Below, piece after piece: positions 38,701-47,713 of a DNA stretch of 54,984 nucleotides (its first letter is position 1; each line of letters opens with the position of its first letter). This DNA is from a virus. Taxonomy: Duplodnaviria > Caudoviricetes. The notes beneath the pieces are model-generated. The model was given only the letters and a program-made list of their open reading frames with translations, ran no database searches and was not told where the DNA came from. A program made the translations under genes and the position numbers. Location: positions 1 to 54,984 of IMG/VR virus record IMGVR_UViG_3300030332_001741, one strand, 5' to 3'.

Positions 38701-38719
38701 TGAAGGGGAAGGAACAACA

Positions 38720-40249
38720 ATGGATCTTATCAAAAGATTTATGGCTCTTTTTGATGGCTATGAGAAAGCATATGGGCAGTATAGGACAGTGTCAACATCT
38801 GATGATGGCAAGTTATCAGGAAGAGCATTAACAATATCAGAATCAGTTACTTCAAAGAATTTTGAAGACCATTTAAAAGGAGAGGGTTCTATTCTTGGAA
38901 TTATTATGCTGAAGCAGAACAACACTTGTAGTTTTGGGTGTATTGATATTGATATTAGAGGAATTGTTAAACTAAATGAGCCATTAGAAGAATTAGAAAA
39001 AAGAGTGCAATCAATGCCATTAGTTTTATGCAGATCTAAAAGTGGTGGTGCACATTTATACTTATTCACAGATCCTCCTGTAAGAGCGACTCAGATGGTA
39101 AGCAAACTAAATGAATTTGCAGCTCAATTAGGATATGGTGGTGTAGAAATATTCCCAAAGCAGGTACAAAGAGCCAATGAAAGAGATAGAGGGAATTGGA
39201 TTAATTTATGTTATCATGGTGGCAACAGCAGTGAGAGATATGCAATCAGAGACGGCAAACAATTAAATTTAAAAGAATTCATAGAATTTGCAGAACAGAA
39301 AAGAACCACAATAGAAAATTTAGAATCTTATCAATCTGAATTAACAGAAATGTTTAAAGATGGTCCACCATGTCTTCAATACTTATCAACGATGGGATTT
39401 CCTGAAGGAACAAGGAATATTTCTTTATTCAACATTGGTGTATATTATCGCAAAAGAAATCCAGACGATTGGCAAGAAGATGTGATGAAACATAACTATG
39501 AACACATTAAACCATCTTTGTCTGCGACCGAAGTTAATGGCATAATAAAAGGTGTTGCTAAGAAAGATTATATTTATACTTGCAAACAATCACCAATCTG
39601 CAATTACTGCGAAAGATCTAAATGTTTGAAAAGACCTTTTGGCATTGGTGGAGGTGGCACAGGACAAACGATAGAGATAGATGCCATAACCAAGTATGAG
39701 ACTGAGAACAAGATGTCTGTAAGGTGGTATATAGAAATTGGTGGGGAAAGAATAGAAGTGACCACAGAGCAATTGCTTGACCAAAGAAGATTGCAAAGGA
39801 TGTGTGTAGAAAGATTAAATAAATGCCCAAGCACTATGCCTGGACCAAGATGGGAGCAAAGAGTGAATGAGTTATTAGAAGTTGTAGAAGTTATTCATGA
39901 CCCAGATGATGCATCTCCAAAAGGACAATTTGAAAAATTACTCGATACATTCTTAACAGGAAAAGTTCAAGCTCGTCATCGTGATGAGATAATGAATGGA
40001 AAGCCATGGCACAATACAGAAGACGATAGAGTTTATTTTCGTTCGGAAGATTTATTTGTTTACTTAGACACCAGAAGATATAAGTATTCTTCTCAGCACC
40101 AAATATGGTCTTGGTTAAGAGAAGGAGGAGCAGAACGAAAAACATTTCGTATAAAAGGCAAACCAGTTAAAGTCTGGTCTGTAGAGGCACCTGACTTCTT
40201 TGAAGAAGAAGAACTTGAAATCCCATCAACAGTTAAGGAGGAATTCTAA
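38720..40249 (+). CDS. Primase (AEP/prim-pol type with PriCT-like domain)
   Basis: CIDID acidic motif, RSKSGGAHLYLF, EIFPKQ, GNWINL, GPPCL, G.RN..LFN, Cys cluster. Confidence 0.8.
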   Translation: MDLIKRFMALFDGYEKAYGQYRTVSTSDDGKLSGRALTISESVTSKNFEDHLKGEGSILGIIMLKQNNTCSFGCIDIDIRGIVKLNEPLEELEKRVQSMPLVLCRSKSGGAHLYLFTDPPVRATQMVSKLNEFAAQLGYGGVEIFPKQVQRANERDRGNWINLCYHGGNSSERYAIRDGKQLNLKEFIEFAEQKRTTIENLESYQSELTEMFKDGPPCLQYLSTMGFPEGTRNISLFNIGVYYRKRNPDDWQEDVMKHNYEHIKPSLSATEVNGIIKGVAKKDYIYTCKQSPICNYCERSKCLKRPFGIGGGGTGQTIEIDAITKYETENKMSVRWYIEIGGERIEVTTEQLLDQRRLQRMCVERLNKCPSTMPGPRWEQRVNELLEVVEVIHDPDDASPKGQFEKLLDTFLTGKVQARHRDEIMNGKPWHNTEDDRVYFRSEDLFVYLDTRRYKYSSQHQIWSWLREGGAERKTFRIKGKPVKVWSVEAPDFFEEEELEIPSTVKEEF

Positions 40250-40455
40250 TGAATGATTGGAATGTTGAGAAAGATAAAAAAGAAATGGTTAAAAGAATAA
40301 GAACACAATTGTCTACTAATGACACTTTGGAATTGGTTTTCTCTTCTGAAGAATTATTAAGAGAAGGTCGTTTCCCTAAAAATGCTTTGGGAGCAATTAC
40401 TAGATTGGAAGAGGTTATTCGGAAAATAAAACATGGACATAAAATCAAACCATAG
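40249..40455 (+). CDS. Hypothetical protein (68 aa)
   Basis: TAATG coupling, GGAGG SD. Confidence 0.5.
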   Translation: MNDWNVEKDKKEMVKRIRTQLSTNDTLELVFSSEELLREGRFPKNALGAITRLEEVIRKIKHGHKIKP

Positions 40456-41902
40456 AGTTAATATTATTCTTGGTCCTCCAGGAACTGGAAAGACAACTAC
40501 ACTTTTAAATATAGTTGACAAAGCTCTTGTGTCTGGAGTCCAACCAGAAAAGATAGCATTTCTTGCATTCACTCGCAAAGCAGCAAACGAAGCTATGGAA
40601 AGAGCCATGACTCGTTTTAATTTAGATGAAGATCGTTTGCCATATTTTAGAACTATGCACTCATTAGCATTTAAAGAATTGGGATTGCGACGAGATGAAG
40701 TGATGACGACCTCTCATTATAAAAAACTTGGCAAAGCAATGGGAATAAGTTTCAAAGGAATATATGATGAGATAACTCATTTGCCTGTTGGTGATGGTCT
40801 TGGAGATAAATGTGCTCGTGTTGATGCATTAGCTCGAATGAGCATGCGACCATTAGAACAGCAATATGGTTTATTAAATATTAGTGATTTAAATTATCAT
40901 GCAGTTCAGCAATATAAAAAAGCATTAAAAATTTACAAACAAGAACTTGGTTTATTTGATTTCACTGATATGCTTGAAAAGTATGAAGGATCTTTACCAA
41001 TTGATATTTGTATCTTTGATGAAGCTCAAGATCTTTCTTCTTTACAGTACAGAATGGGAATTAATTTAGCAAAGAAAGCAAAAAAAGTTTATATTGCTGG
41101 AGATGATGACCAAGCTATATTTGGATGGGCAGGTGCGGATGTTACAAAGTTCCTTGCACTAAAAGGTCATAAGATAGTTCTTCCAAGATCGTATCGTATA
41201 CCAAAATCTGTACATTTTTTAGCATCAACAATTTTATATAGGATTAAAAAAAGATACAGCAAGAACTGGAAACCCAAGCTAGAAAGAGGAAGTGTTGAAT
41301 GGTTAGCAAGTGAGCAAGAAGCTCAACTTAAAGGTGAATGGCTTATGCTGGCTCGTTCAAAATATTTATTGGTGCGATTAAAATTAGTAGCAAGACAGCA
41401 AGGTCGTGGCTATTATTTGTTTGGACATAATTCTTTGGATACAGATATTACTCGTGCAATCATCTCTTGGGAGAATCTTAGGAAAGGAAATAAATTGTCA
41501 GTAACAGAGGCAAAGAATCTTTTAACATTCTTACCAATAAAACATAAATTAAAAACAAAAAAAGTTTATGGCGTTTTAGATTTTGGTCTTCCTGAAGAAA
41601 CATTAAAGAGAGACTGGATGTCAGTTTTAAAATTAATTCCACCAGATGAAAGAGAGTACATAAGGTCATGTTTGAGAAATGGAGAAAAATTAACTGATAA
41701 ACCAAAAATAATTATTAGCACCATTCACCAAGTTAAAGGAGGGGAAGCTGATAATGTCCTATTGCTAACAGACATAGGAACAAAGTCATGGGAGAACATG
41801 CACAAAGACGAAGAATTAAGAGTGTGGTATGTAGCACTAACAAGAACCAAAAATAGATTATTTCTGGTGCGTCCTAACTCTTTGAAATATATTGAATTCT
41901 AA
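40433..41902 (+). CDS. UvrD/Rep-family SF1 helicase
   Basis: GPPGTGKTT, AFTRKAA, DEAQD, GDDDQAIF.W.GA, STIH..KGGEAD, YVALTR. Confidence 0.92.
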   Translation: MDIKSNHRVNIILGPPGTGKTTTLLNIVDKALVSGVQPEKIAFLAFTRKAANEAMERAMTRFNLDEDRLPYFRTMHSLAFKELGLRRDEVMTTSHYKKLGKAMGISFKGIYDEITHLPVGDGLGDKCARVDALARMSMRPLEQQYGLLNISDLNYHAVQQYKKALKIYKQELGLFDFTDMLEKYEGSLPIDICIFDEAQDLSSLQYRMGINLAKKAKKVYIAGDDDQAIFGWAGADVTKFLALKGHKIVLPRSYRIPKSVHFLASTILYRIKKRYSKNWKPKLERGSVEWLASEQEAQLKGEWLMLARSKYLLVRLKLVARQQGRGYYLFGHNSLDTDITRAIISWENLRKGNKLSVTEAKNLLTFLPIKHKLKTKKVYGVLDFGLPEETLKRDWMSVLKLIPPDEREYIRSCLRNGEKLTDKPKIIISTIHQVKGGEADNVLLLTDIGTKSWENMHKDEELRVWYVALTRTKNRLFLVRPNSLKYIEF

Positions 41903-41914
41903 ATAATTTATTTT

Positions 41915-41977
41915 TTTACTTTACTTTCAGAGCATTAAGAGAGATAACATTTATATATATTTAGAAAGGAAAATAAA
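41915..41977 (+). promoter_or_regulatory. Internal promoter/leader (TTTACT...AGATAACAT...AGAAAGGAAAATAAAATG)
   Basis: Degenerate copy of the 36466/50523 promoter-leader; heads the modification operon. Confidence 0.5.
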
Positions 41978-42193
41978 ATGATAGTAGCAAATAATAATAC
42001 ATTTAAGTCATTAGGACTAGATTATTCTGTACTGGAATGGAAGGATAAAAGAATAAATGCCATTAACAGGATAATATCAAAATTTAATTCTCAAGAAGTT
42101 GCAGAGAAGTATGTAGAAGAATACACCAGAGTCTGCGATTCTGGAGCAATAAATAAGAAACAATATAAGCATTTAGAAAGGAAAACAAAATGA
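41978..42193 (+). CDS. Hypothetical protein (71 aa)
   Basis: Strong GAAAGGA SD. Confidence 0.6.
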   Translation: MIVANNNTFKSLGLDYSVLEWKDKRINAINRIISKFNSQEVAEKYVEEYTRVCDSGAINKKQYKHLERKTK

Positions 42194-42735
42194 ATATTTA
42201 TAGATTCGTGCTGAATCGTTACAGCAAAAATAGATCAACTGTAATAGCATTCCCAAATAAAACAACTGCTATGAATGATGCATCCAAAGGGATTATAATT
42301 CTTAATGAACAAGATCTCATAGATAAGACGATGGTTAGGTTGGATGATATGGTTGAAATTTTCAATAATTATGTTCCTGTAGCATCTAGAATTAAAAGAT
42401 TCTCAGACAGAGCAGCAGGAGCAAGAAGACTTATGGAATTATTATCAAACTTAGTTAATCTTCGAAAAATTGAAGTTCGAAAAGGAACTACATCTAAAGT
42501 GAAGAATATGGTTGTAGAATCGAGAGGAAGGAAATCTAAGTTTGATAACAAAAGAATTCTTCTTAAATCTGAAGAGACTCACAATCCCAGAAGAAAAGGA
42601 AGTCATGGATTTACATCTTATCAAATAATTTTAGATAATCCTGGATTAACTTATGCAAAATTTATAGAGTTAGGAGGAAGACGACAAGATCTTGCACATG
42701 ATGTTATAAGGAAAAGATTCAAGGTGCTACGATGA
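42190..42735 (+). CDS. Basic protein with C-terminal NPRRxGS...GG..DL..D domain (putative DNA-binding)
   Basis: C-terminal ~65 aa are homologous to the C-terminus of 50581..51285. Confidence 0.6.
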   Translation: MNIYRFVLNRYSKNRSTVIAFPNKTTAMNDASKGIIILNEQDLIDKTMVRLDDMVEIFNNYVPVASRIKRFSDRAAGARRLMELLSNLVNLRKIEVRKGTTSKVKNMVVESRGRKSKFDNKRILLKSEETHNPRRKGSHGFTSYQIILDNPGLTYAKFIELGGRRQDLAHDVIRKRFKVLR

Positions 42736-43688
42736 AAATTTATGGAGCAGGGATGGCAGGACTTTTAGCAGGACAGATGCTGAGAAGATTTAATCCAACA
42801 ATCTGCGAGCAAAAAGAAAGTTTGCCACACAATCATGAGGCATTATTAAGATTTCGCTCTGATGATGTCTCTATTGCGACTGGTATCCCTTTTAAAAAGG
42901 TGCATGTGCACAAGGCAATTAAATATGGAAATGAAATAGAAACCATTCCAAATTTATTTTATTCAAATTTATATTCTGGTAAGGTCATTGGTGCATATCT
43001 AGATCGTTCAATAAACAATTTAGATTCTGTTGATAGATTTATATCTCCTTTTAATTTTATAGAATTGATGGCACAGAATTTAAACATTGAATACAATACA
43101 CCATTAGACCATTCTAAATGTGTAGATGCAAGATATGGTATGAAAAATGATGGAGATTCTTTTCCACTTATTACAACTATTCCTATGCCAATGATGATGG
43201 ATATAGTTGAGTGGGAAAAGAAACCAATTTTTAATTATAAAACAATCTGGTCTCAAAAAACTATTATTGAAGATCCAGAAGTTTGTGTTAATCAAACAAT
43301 ATATTATCCTGATCCTAAGACCAATTTCTATCGGATCTCTATAACTGATAATGTAGTAATTGCAGAATATATAATAGAACCAAAAAATACTGGTCCAGAT
43401 ATAATGGGAGCATTACGAGATGATTTTGGAATTGATGCTTGTAAATTAGCTCCAATTGCACAAACAGAAATGAAATATGGTAAACTCTTGCCAATAGATG
43501 AAAATATAAGAAAAGAATTTATTCTTTATTTAACACAAGAATATAATATTTTTTCTGTTGGAAGATTTGCTACATGGCGACAACTTTTACTTGATGATGT
43601 TGTAAAAGATATTAAGATAGTAGAAGGATTAATTGGAGACGCTTATAAGACTAAATTACAATCTGAGAAAGGAAAAAAAGATGTTTAA
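42732..43688 (+). CDS. FAD-dependent oxidoreductase/mutase, UDP-galactopyranose mutase (Glf)-like fold
   Basis: IYGAGMAG dinucleotide-binding motif, ITTIP, C-terminal GRFATWRQLLLDDVV resembling Glf GRLAxYxYxDM. Confidence 0.7.
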   Translation: MKIYGAGMAGLLAGQMLRRFNPTICEQKESLPHNHEALLRFRSDDVSIATGIPFKKVHVHKAIKYGNEIETIPNLFYSNLYSGKVIGAYLDRSINNLDSVDRFISPFNFIELMAQNLNIEYNTPLDHSKCVDARYGMKNDGDSFPLITTIPMPMMMDIVEWEKKPIFNYKTIWSQKTIIEDPEVCVNQTIYYPDPKTNFYRISITDNVVIAEYIIEPKNTGPDIMGALRDDFGIDACKLAPIAQTEMKYGKLLPIDENIRKEFILYLTQEYNIFSVGRFATWRQLLLDDVVKDIKIVEGLIGDAYKTKLQSEKGKKDV

Positions 43689-44097
43689 AATTTTTATGAT
43701 TTTATTTTTACTGGTTGGATGTGCAGAATATATATATCTTGCTGAGACTCCAACATGGTATTTAAATCCTCCAAGTGATAAGCACAATCTAATTACTTCT
43801 GGATATGGAGAATCTAAACACAAACAACTTGCTCTTGATATGGCAGTTATGGCTGCAAAAAGATCTGCAGCTGATAGTATTGCAAGTGATATTAAAGGAA
43901 GATCCAAATATTATCTTTCAGAAGGTGTTTCGCAAGGATCTGAAGTTGCAATGATTGAGAATATAAATATGAGAATTGAAAATTACAGAAGGATTAAAAC
44001 ACTAATCCATGAAATTTCAAATGGATATGAAGTGTATGTTCTTTTATCTTTCCCTCAACAGTTCAATGGGAAAATATTCTCAGAGATAGAACAATGA
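43681..44097 (+). CDS. Lipoprotein (LPP20-like)
   Basis: MFKIFMILFLLVGC lipobox; P.WY..PP...G.GES...A...A...AK pattern. Confidence 0.7.
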   Translation: MFKIFMILFLLVGCAEYIYLAETPTWYLNPPSDKHNLITSGYGESKHKQLALDMAVMAAKRSAADSIASDIKGRSKYYLSEGVSQGSEVAMIENINMRIENYRRIKTLIHEISNGYEVYVLLSFPQQFNGKIFSEIEQ

Positions 44098-44228
44098 AAA
44101 TTCTTACAATTATCTTAGCTTTGTGCGTGGCTCTTCTGATGTCTAAAAAAGAAGATGAAACTGTTCCACAAGCAGCTTATAGAATTGGGAGTAATATAAC
44201 ATGGATAATATCGGAGACATTCAAATGA
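44094..44228 (+). CDS. 44-aa membrane peptide
   Basis: Hand translation MKILTIILALCVALLMSKKEDETVPQAAYRIGSNITWIISETFK*; ATGA overlaps at both ends. Confidence 0.5.
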   Translation: MKILTIILALCVALLMSKKEDETVPQAAYRIGSNITWIISETFK

Positions 44229-44884
44229 ATATAGAATTAATAAACTATACGAGTGATGCAAAAAATCTTTTGCTTTTTACAAAGAACACAAGATTGATGA
44301 ATACAGAAAATTCTTATGACTCTATAAAGAAATGGCCAGATAGTAAAAAGCAAGGTGAGTTGGATTATATGCTTAAGACAATAAAATCTTCTTGGGAATT
44401 TGTTGATTACACTTTTGACATTAGAGGTGTTTCAAGAGCATTCACTCATCAACTCGTAAGAACTCGTCAAGCCAGTTATGCCCAGCAATCCCAAAGAACA
44501 GTAAATATGAAATTGTTTGGTTATTACACTCCACCAGCAATCAAAGAAAATCCAGAAGCGAAAAAAGTTTTTGATGAAACGATGAGTCATATTCACTCTG
44601 GTTATGAAGAGCTTTTAAAATTGAAGATGGCTCAAGAAGATGCTCGTGGTGTTCTTCCAACAAATATACATACCAATATTGTTGCGAAATTCAATCTCAG
44701 AACTTTGCATGAAATGGCAAAATCTAGATTAAGTCCAAGAGCACAAGGAGAATATCAAGAAGTATTTAAGAGGATGGTTGCCTGTGTTATAAAAGTTCAT
44801 CCATGGGTAAAGCCATTTTTAACACCAACAGAGTGGGCAACACCTTCAATGGCCATACCATTAAATCCAAGGAGAAAGAAATGA
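44225..44884 (+). CDS. thyX: Flavin-dependent thymidylate synthase (ThyX) homologue, variant motif
   Basis: S.WEFV.YTF.I.GVSRAFTHQLVRTRQASYAQQSQR (canonical RHRx7SxR, here RTR), EDARGVLP.N, NLR.L, R....AQ.E. Confidence 0.85.
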   Translation: MNIELINYTSDAKNLLLFTKNTRLMNTENSYDSIKKWPDSKKQGELDYMLKTIKSSWEFVDYTFDIRGVSRAFTHQLVRTRQASYAQQSQRTVNMKLFGYYTPPAIKENPEAKKVFDETMSHIHSGYEELLKLKMAQEDARGVLPTNIHTNIVAKFNLRTLHEMAKSRLSPRAQGEYQEVFKRMVACVIKVHPWVKPFLTPTEWATPSMAIPLNPRRKK

Positions 44885-45321
44885 AAAGAATAGTTCTATG
44901 TGATATAGATGGAACTCTTGCCAATGTTGTTCACCGATTGCATTTAGTGAGTGGTGAAGAAAAAAATTGGGAAGAATTTAATTCCAAAAGCAAAGAAGAT
45001 AATGTTAAAGAAGATATTGCTAATATTTTAAGACAGCTATATTCTGATGAAGAAACTGAAATCTCTATAATAACAGCTCGTGAAGATAAATGGATCGAAG
45101 ATACAAAAAGATGGTTAGATTTAAATGATATTCCTTATAATAATCTTCATATGAGAAAAGCTGGCGATCGTCGTTCTGACTCTGATGTCAAGAGAGAAAT
45201 CTTCCGAAAAAATTATAAGAAGAAAGATATCTGGTTTGTTCTAGAGGATCGTGTAAAAGTTGTTAAAATGTGGAGAGAATTAGAATTAACTTGTTTACAA
45301 GTATCAGAAGGAGATTTCTGA
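44881..45321 (+). CDS. HAD-family phosphatase (T4 PNK 3'-phosphatase-like)
   Basis: CDIDGTL, ITAR, MRK.GD.R.D..VK, LEDR motifs. Confidence 0.85.
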   Translation: MKRIVLCDIDGTLANVVHRLHLVSGEEKNWEEFNSKSKEDNVKEDIANILRQLYSDEETEISIITAREDKWIEDTKRWLDLNDIPYNNLHMRKAGDRRSDSDVKREIFRKNYKKKDIWFVLEDRVKVVKMWRELELTCLQVSEGDF

Positions 45322-45536
45322 TGAAGAAACCAAAACAGCCAAAATTAAGAATTGTTCACAATAATTTAGAATTCGAAAGGCAACCTGTTGCAAGAATTCT
45401 AGATGCTCAGCCAACTATACTTCATGAATTTGAGAAGTTTGTAGAAAAGGTACAAGAGCTTGCATTAAAAACAGAAGCACTTGAGAATAAACTCAAGATT
45501 GTTAGTGAGGAAATAGATGATGCTGAAAAAATATAA
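45321..45536 (+). CDS. Small coiled-coil protein
   Basis: Start MKKPKQP overlaps the HAD stop. Confidence 0.5.
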   Translation: MKKPKQPKLRIVHNNLEFERQPVARILDAQPTILHEFEKFVEKVQELALKTEALENKLKIVSEEIDDAEKI

Positions 45537-46080
45537 AACAGAATATCCAATGCCAACTGATTTATACAGTTGGTTCCATGCAGCAACTAAAAAACAAATA
45601 AGAGAATTTGTAAATCCACCAGAAGGATTAGTTGTTAATGTTGGAGCAGGATATAAAACTATTAATGGTTCTAATTCTAATGATGTAGTTGCTTTAGATT
45701 ATCCTGAATGGGATGCAGAAAATCAACCTCTTCCATATAAGGATGGCTCTATTGCTGGCTTTATCGCTTTTGGATTTTTAGAACATATAAATAACCCAGC
45801 AGAAGTTCTGTCTGAATTCCAGAGATGCTTGAAAGGAAATGGAACTGTTACCATAATGGTTCCTTATTATAATTCTCAACTTCAATGGCAAGATCTTACT
45901 CATAAAAAAGCATACAATGAGGAGACATGGAAATGCACCTTCAACAATGCTTGTTTTGATAAAAGTGTTTTTCCTGGAGAATCTAGGTCGGAATGGAAAT
46001 TTGAAATTGGTATAAATTTAATAATCGGACAAGAAGAGAGAAACATTTTTCTTTTAACTCAACTAATAAAAAGGAAATAG
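45517..46080 (+). CDS. Class I SAM-dependent methyltransferase
   Basis: VNVGAG motif I, PLPY.DGS, FLEHI, E..R.LK..G...I.VP, D.TH. Confidence 0.8.
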   Translation: MMLKKYKTEYPMPTDLYSWFHAATKKQIREFVNPPEGLVVNVGAGYKTINGSNSNDVVALDYPEWDAENQPLPYKDGSIAGFIAFGFLEHINNPAEVLSEFQRCLKGNGTVTIMVPYYNSQLQWQDLTHKKAYNEETWKCTFNNACFDKSVFPGESRSEWKFEIGINLIIGQEERNIFLLTQLIKRK

Positions 46081-46081
46081 A

Positions 46082-46837
46082 ATGTCGAAATTCACTTTAT
46101 CAAATAGTTATATAGACAAGCAAAAGTCTAAATATCCTGCCCAAGTAAAAGAAAGTAACAGAAGAGCCATAGTTGTTGGTGCAGATTCCGAAAGCAATAT
46201 AGGATTTCATATTAGCAATAAATTTATTAAAGAAGGCATTTTTGTCAATTCTTTTACTAAAAGTGTTTTGAATATGGCTTCAAATAATCTTCCTGTAAAG
46301 GAAGAGGATGACATTCTAGTTTTGGCCAATGGATATACTTATCTTGATTGGATTGAAAATCTTAATGATGAGCAAATTTCAACTATGATAGATGACACTT
46401 TTTTAGCTTCTGTAAGAGCAACAAATCAGTTTGTGGAAAAGACCATAGATAATCCTTATAAGAAATATATAATTTTTATAGGATCGATGGCATATAAAAA
46501 TGTACTAAATGGTTCCTCTGTTTATTGTGCATCAAAAGCAGCAATATCTCATTTTTCAAAATGTATAGCTTGGGAGCTTTCTCCGAAAGGATATAATGTA
46601 ATAACAATTAATCCTAGCAATACAGAAGGAACTCCTATGACTGAAGAAACTATAAAAGGTCTTATGAGATATAGAGATTTGTCTAGAGAAGATGCTGAGA
46701 AATATTGGGGAGCTGTATTACCAAAGCATAAATGGTTACAACCAGAAGAAATTGCAGATATTTGTAGTTTTTTCGTAAGTGGAAAATCAGATTATATGTC
46801 AGGAACTCAAATAGATTTATCAGGAGGACAAAGATGA
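46082..46837 (+). CDS. Short-chain dehydrogenase/reductase (SDR)
   Basis: AIVVGA...NIG Rossmann start, IIFIGS, YCASKAA (YxxxK), INP, GT.IDL.GG C-terminus. Confidence 0.88.
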   Translation: MSKFTLSNSYIDKQKSKYPAQVKESNRRAIVVGADSESNIGFHISNKFIKEGIFVNSFTKSVLNMASNNLPVKEEDDILVLANGYTYLDWIENLNDEQISTMIDDTFLASVRATNQFVEKTIDNPYKKYIIFIGSMAYKNVLNGSSVYCASKAAISHFSKCIAWELSPKGYNVITINPSNTEGTPMTEETIKGLMRYRDLSREDAEKYWGAVLPKHKWLQPEEIADICSFFVSGKSDYMSGTQIDLSGGQR

Positions 46838-47193
46838 AGAAAAACAAAAGGGCAGATTATTTATTAAATCAGGCATTACAAACTTTTATAGAAAGAAGAA
46901 AAGTTTATGGAGACAGTTACATACTGCATGCAAAAGTTATGGCTGCAATGTTTCCTGATGGAATTACTTTAAAAACAGAGGTTGATATGGCTCGTTGGTC
47001 TGTGTTGAATTTAATAATGATAAAACTTATTAGATATATTAAAGATTTCAAAAAACCACATAAAGATAGCATCCATGATTGTGGTGTTTATTCTTTTGTT
47101 TTGGAAGAACTTGACCAAGCAGAAGATGGAAAAATAAATTTAACAGAACTTGTAAAGAATATGGAGAAATCTGATGATAGTGATGGATCTTGA
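46834..47193 (+). CDS. Nucleotide-modification-associated (Nmad1/dNTP pyrophosphohydrolase-like) helical protein
   Basis: TF.ERR..YGD, KL.RY, H.DS..D..VY pattern; directly before dnaQ. Confidence 0.55.
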   Translation: MKKNKRADYLLNQALQTFIERRKVYGDSYILHAKVMAAMFPDGITLKTEVDMARWSVLNLIMIKLIRYIKDFKKPHKDSIHDCGVYSFVLEELDQAEDGKINLTELVKNMEKSDDSDGS

Positions 47194-47713
47194 GACCACA
47201 GGACTGCTGATGCCAGAAGCATCTCACATTGATGAGCAACCACACATAATAGAATTCGGTGCAATCAAATTGGATAAAAACTTAAAAAAAGTTAAAGAAT
47301 TAGAATTCATGGTAAATCCTGGAATTCCATTAACACCTTTAATAACAAAAATAACAAAGATAACCGATGATGATTTAAAAGACAAGCCACCATTTATAAG
47401 TTATTTTGATAAACTTGCTGAATTCTTTTTAGGAGAAAGCACTATGGTTGCTCACAATTTGCCATTTGATAAAGGAATATTGAAGTACAATTTAGATAGA
47501 ATTGATAAGACAACGAATTTCCCATGGCCAAAGAATAATTTATGCACCATAGAAGTTGGTCAACAGATCTGGGGAAAGAAAAGAAAACTATCAGACCTAT
47601 ATAAAGAAATTACAGGAAAAGAGCATAAAGGTGCCCACCGAGCTCTTGTAGATGTTGAGGCAACAGTTGAAGTTCTTAGATGGTACAAAGAGAATGGACA
47701 CTTAGATGATTAA
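47174..47713 (+). CDS. dnaQ: DEDDh 3'-5' exonuclease (DNA Pol III epsilon-like)
   Basis: DLETTG (ExoI), VAHNLPFD (ExoII), HRALVDV (ExoIII). Confidence 0.9.
   Translation: MIVMDLETTGLLMPEASHIDEQPHIIEFGAIKLDKNLKKVKELEFMVNPGIPLTPLITKITKITDDDLKDKPPFISYFDKLAEFFLGESTMVAHNLPFDKGILKYNLDRIDKTTNFPWPKNNLCTIEVGQQIWGKKRKLSDLYKEITGKEHKGAHRALVDVEATVEVLRWYKENGHLDD

Noticed and set aside
45517-46080. Methyltransferase as a DNA methyltransferase
   Set aside because: Lacks DPPY/NPPY or PC catalytic motifs; resembles small-molecule/glycan class I methyltransferases.
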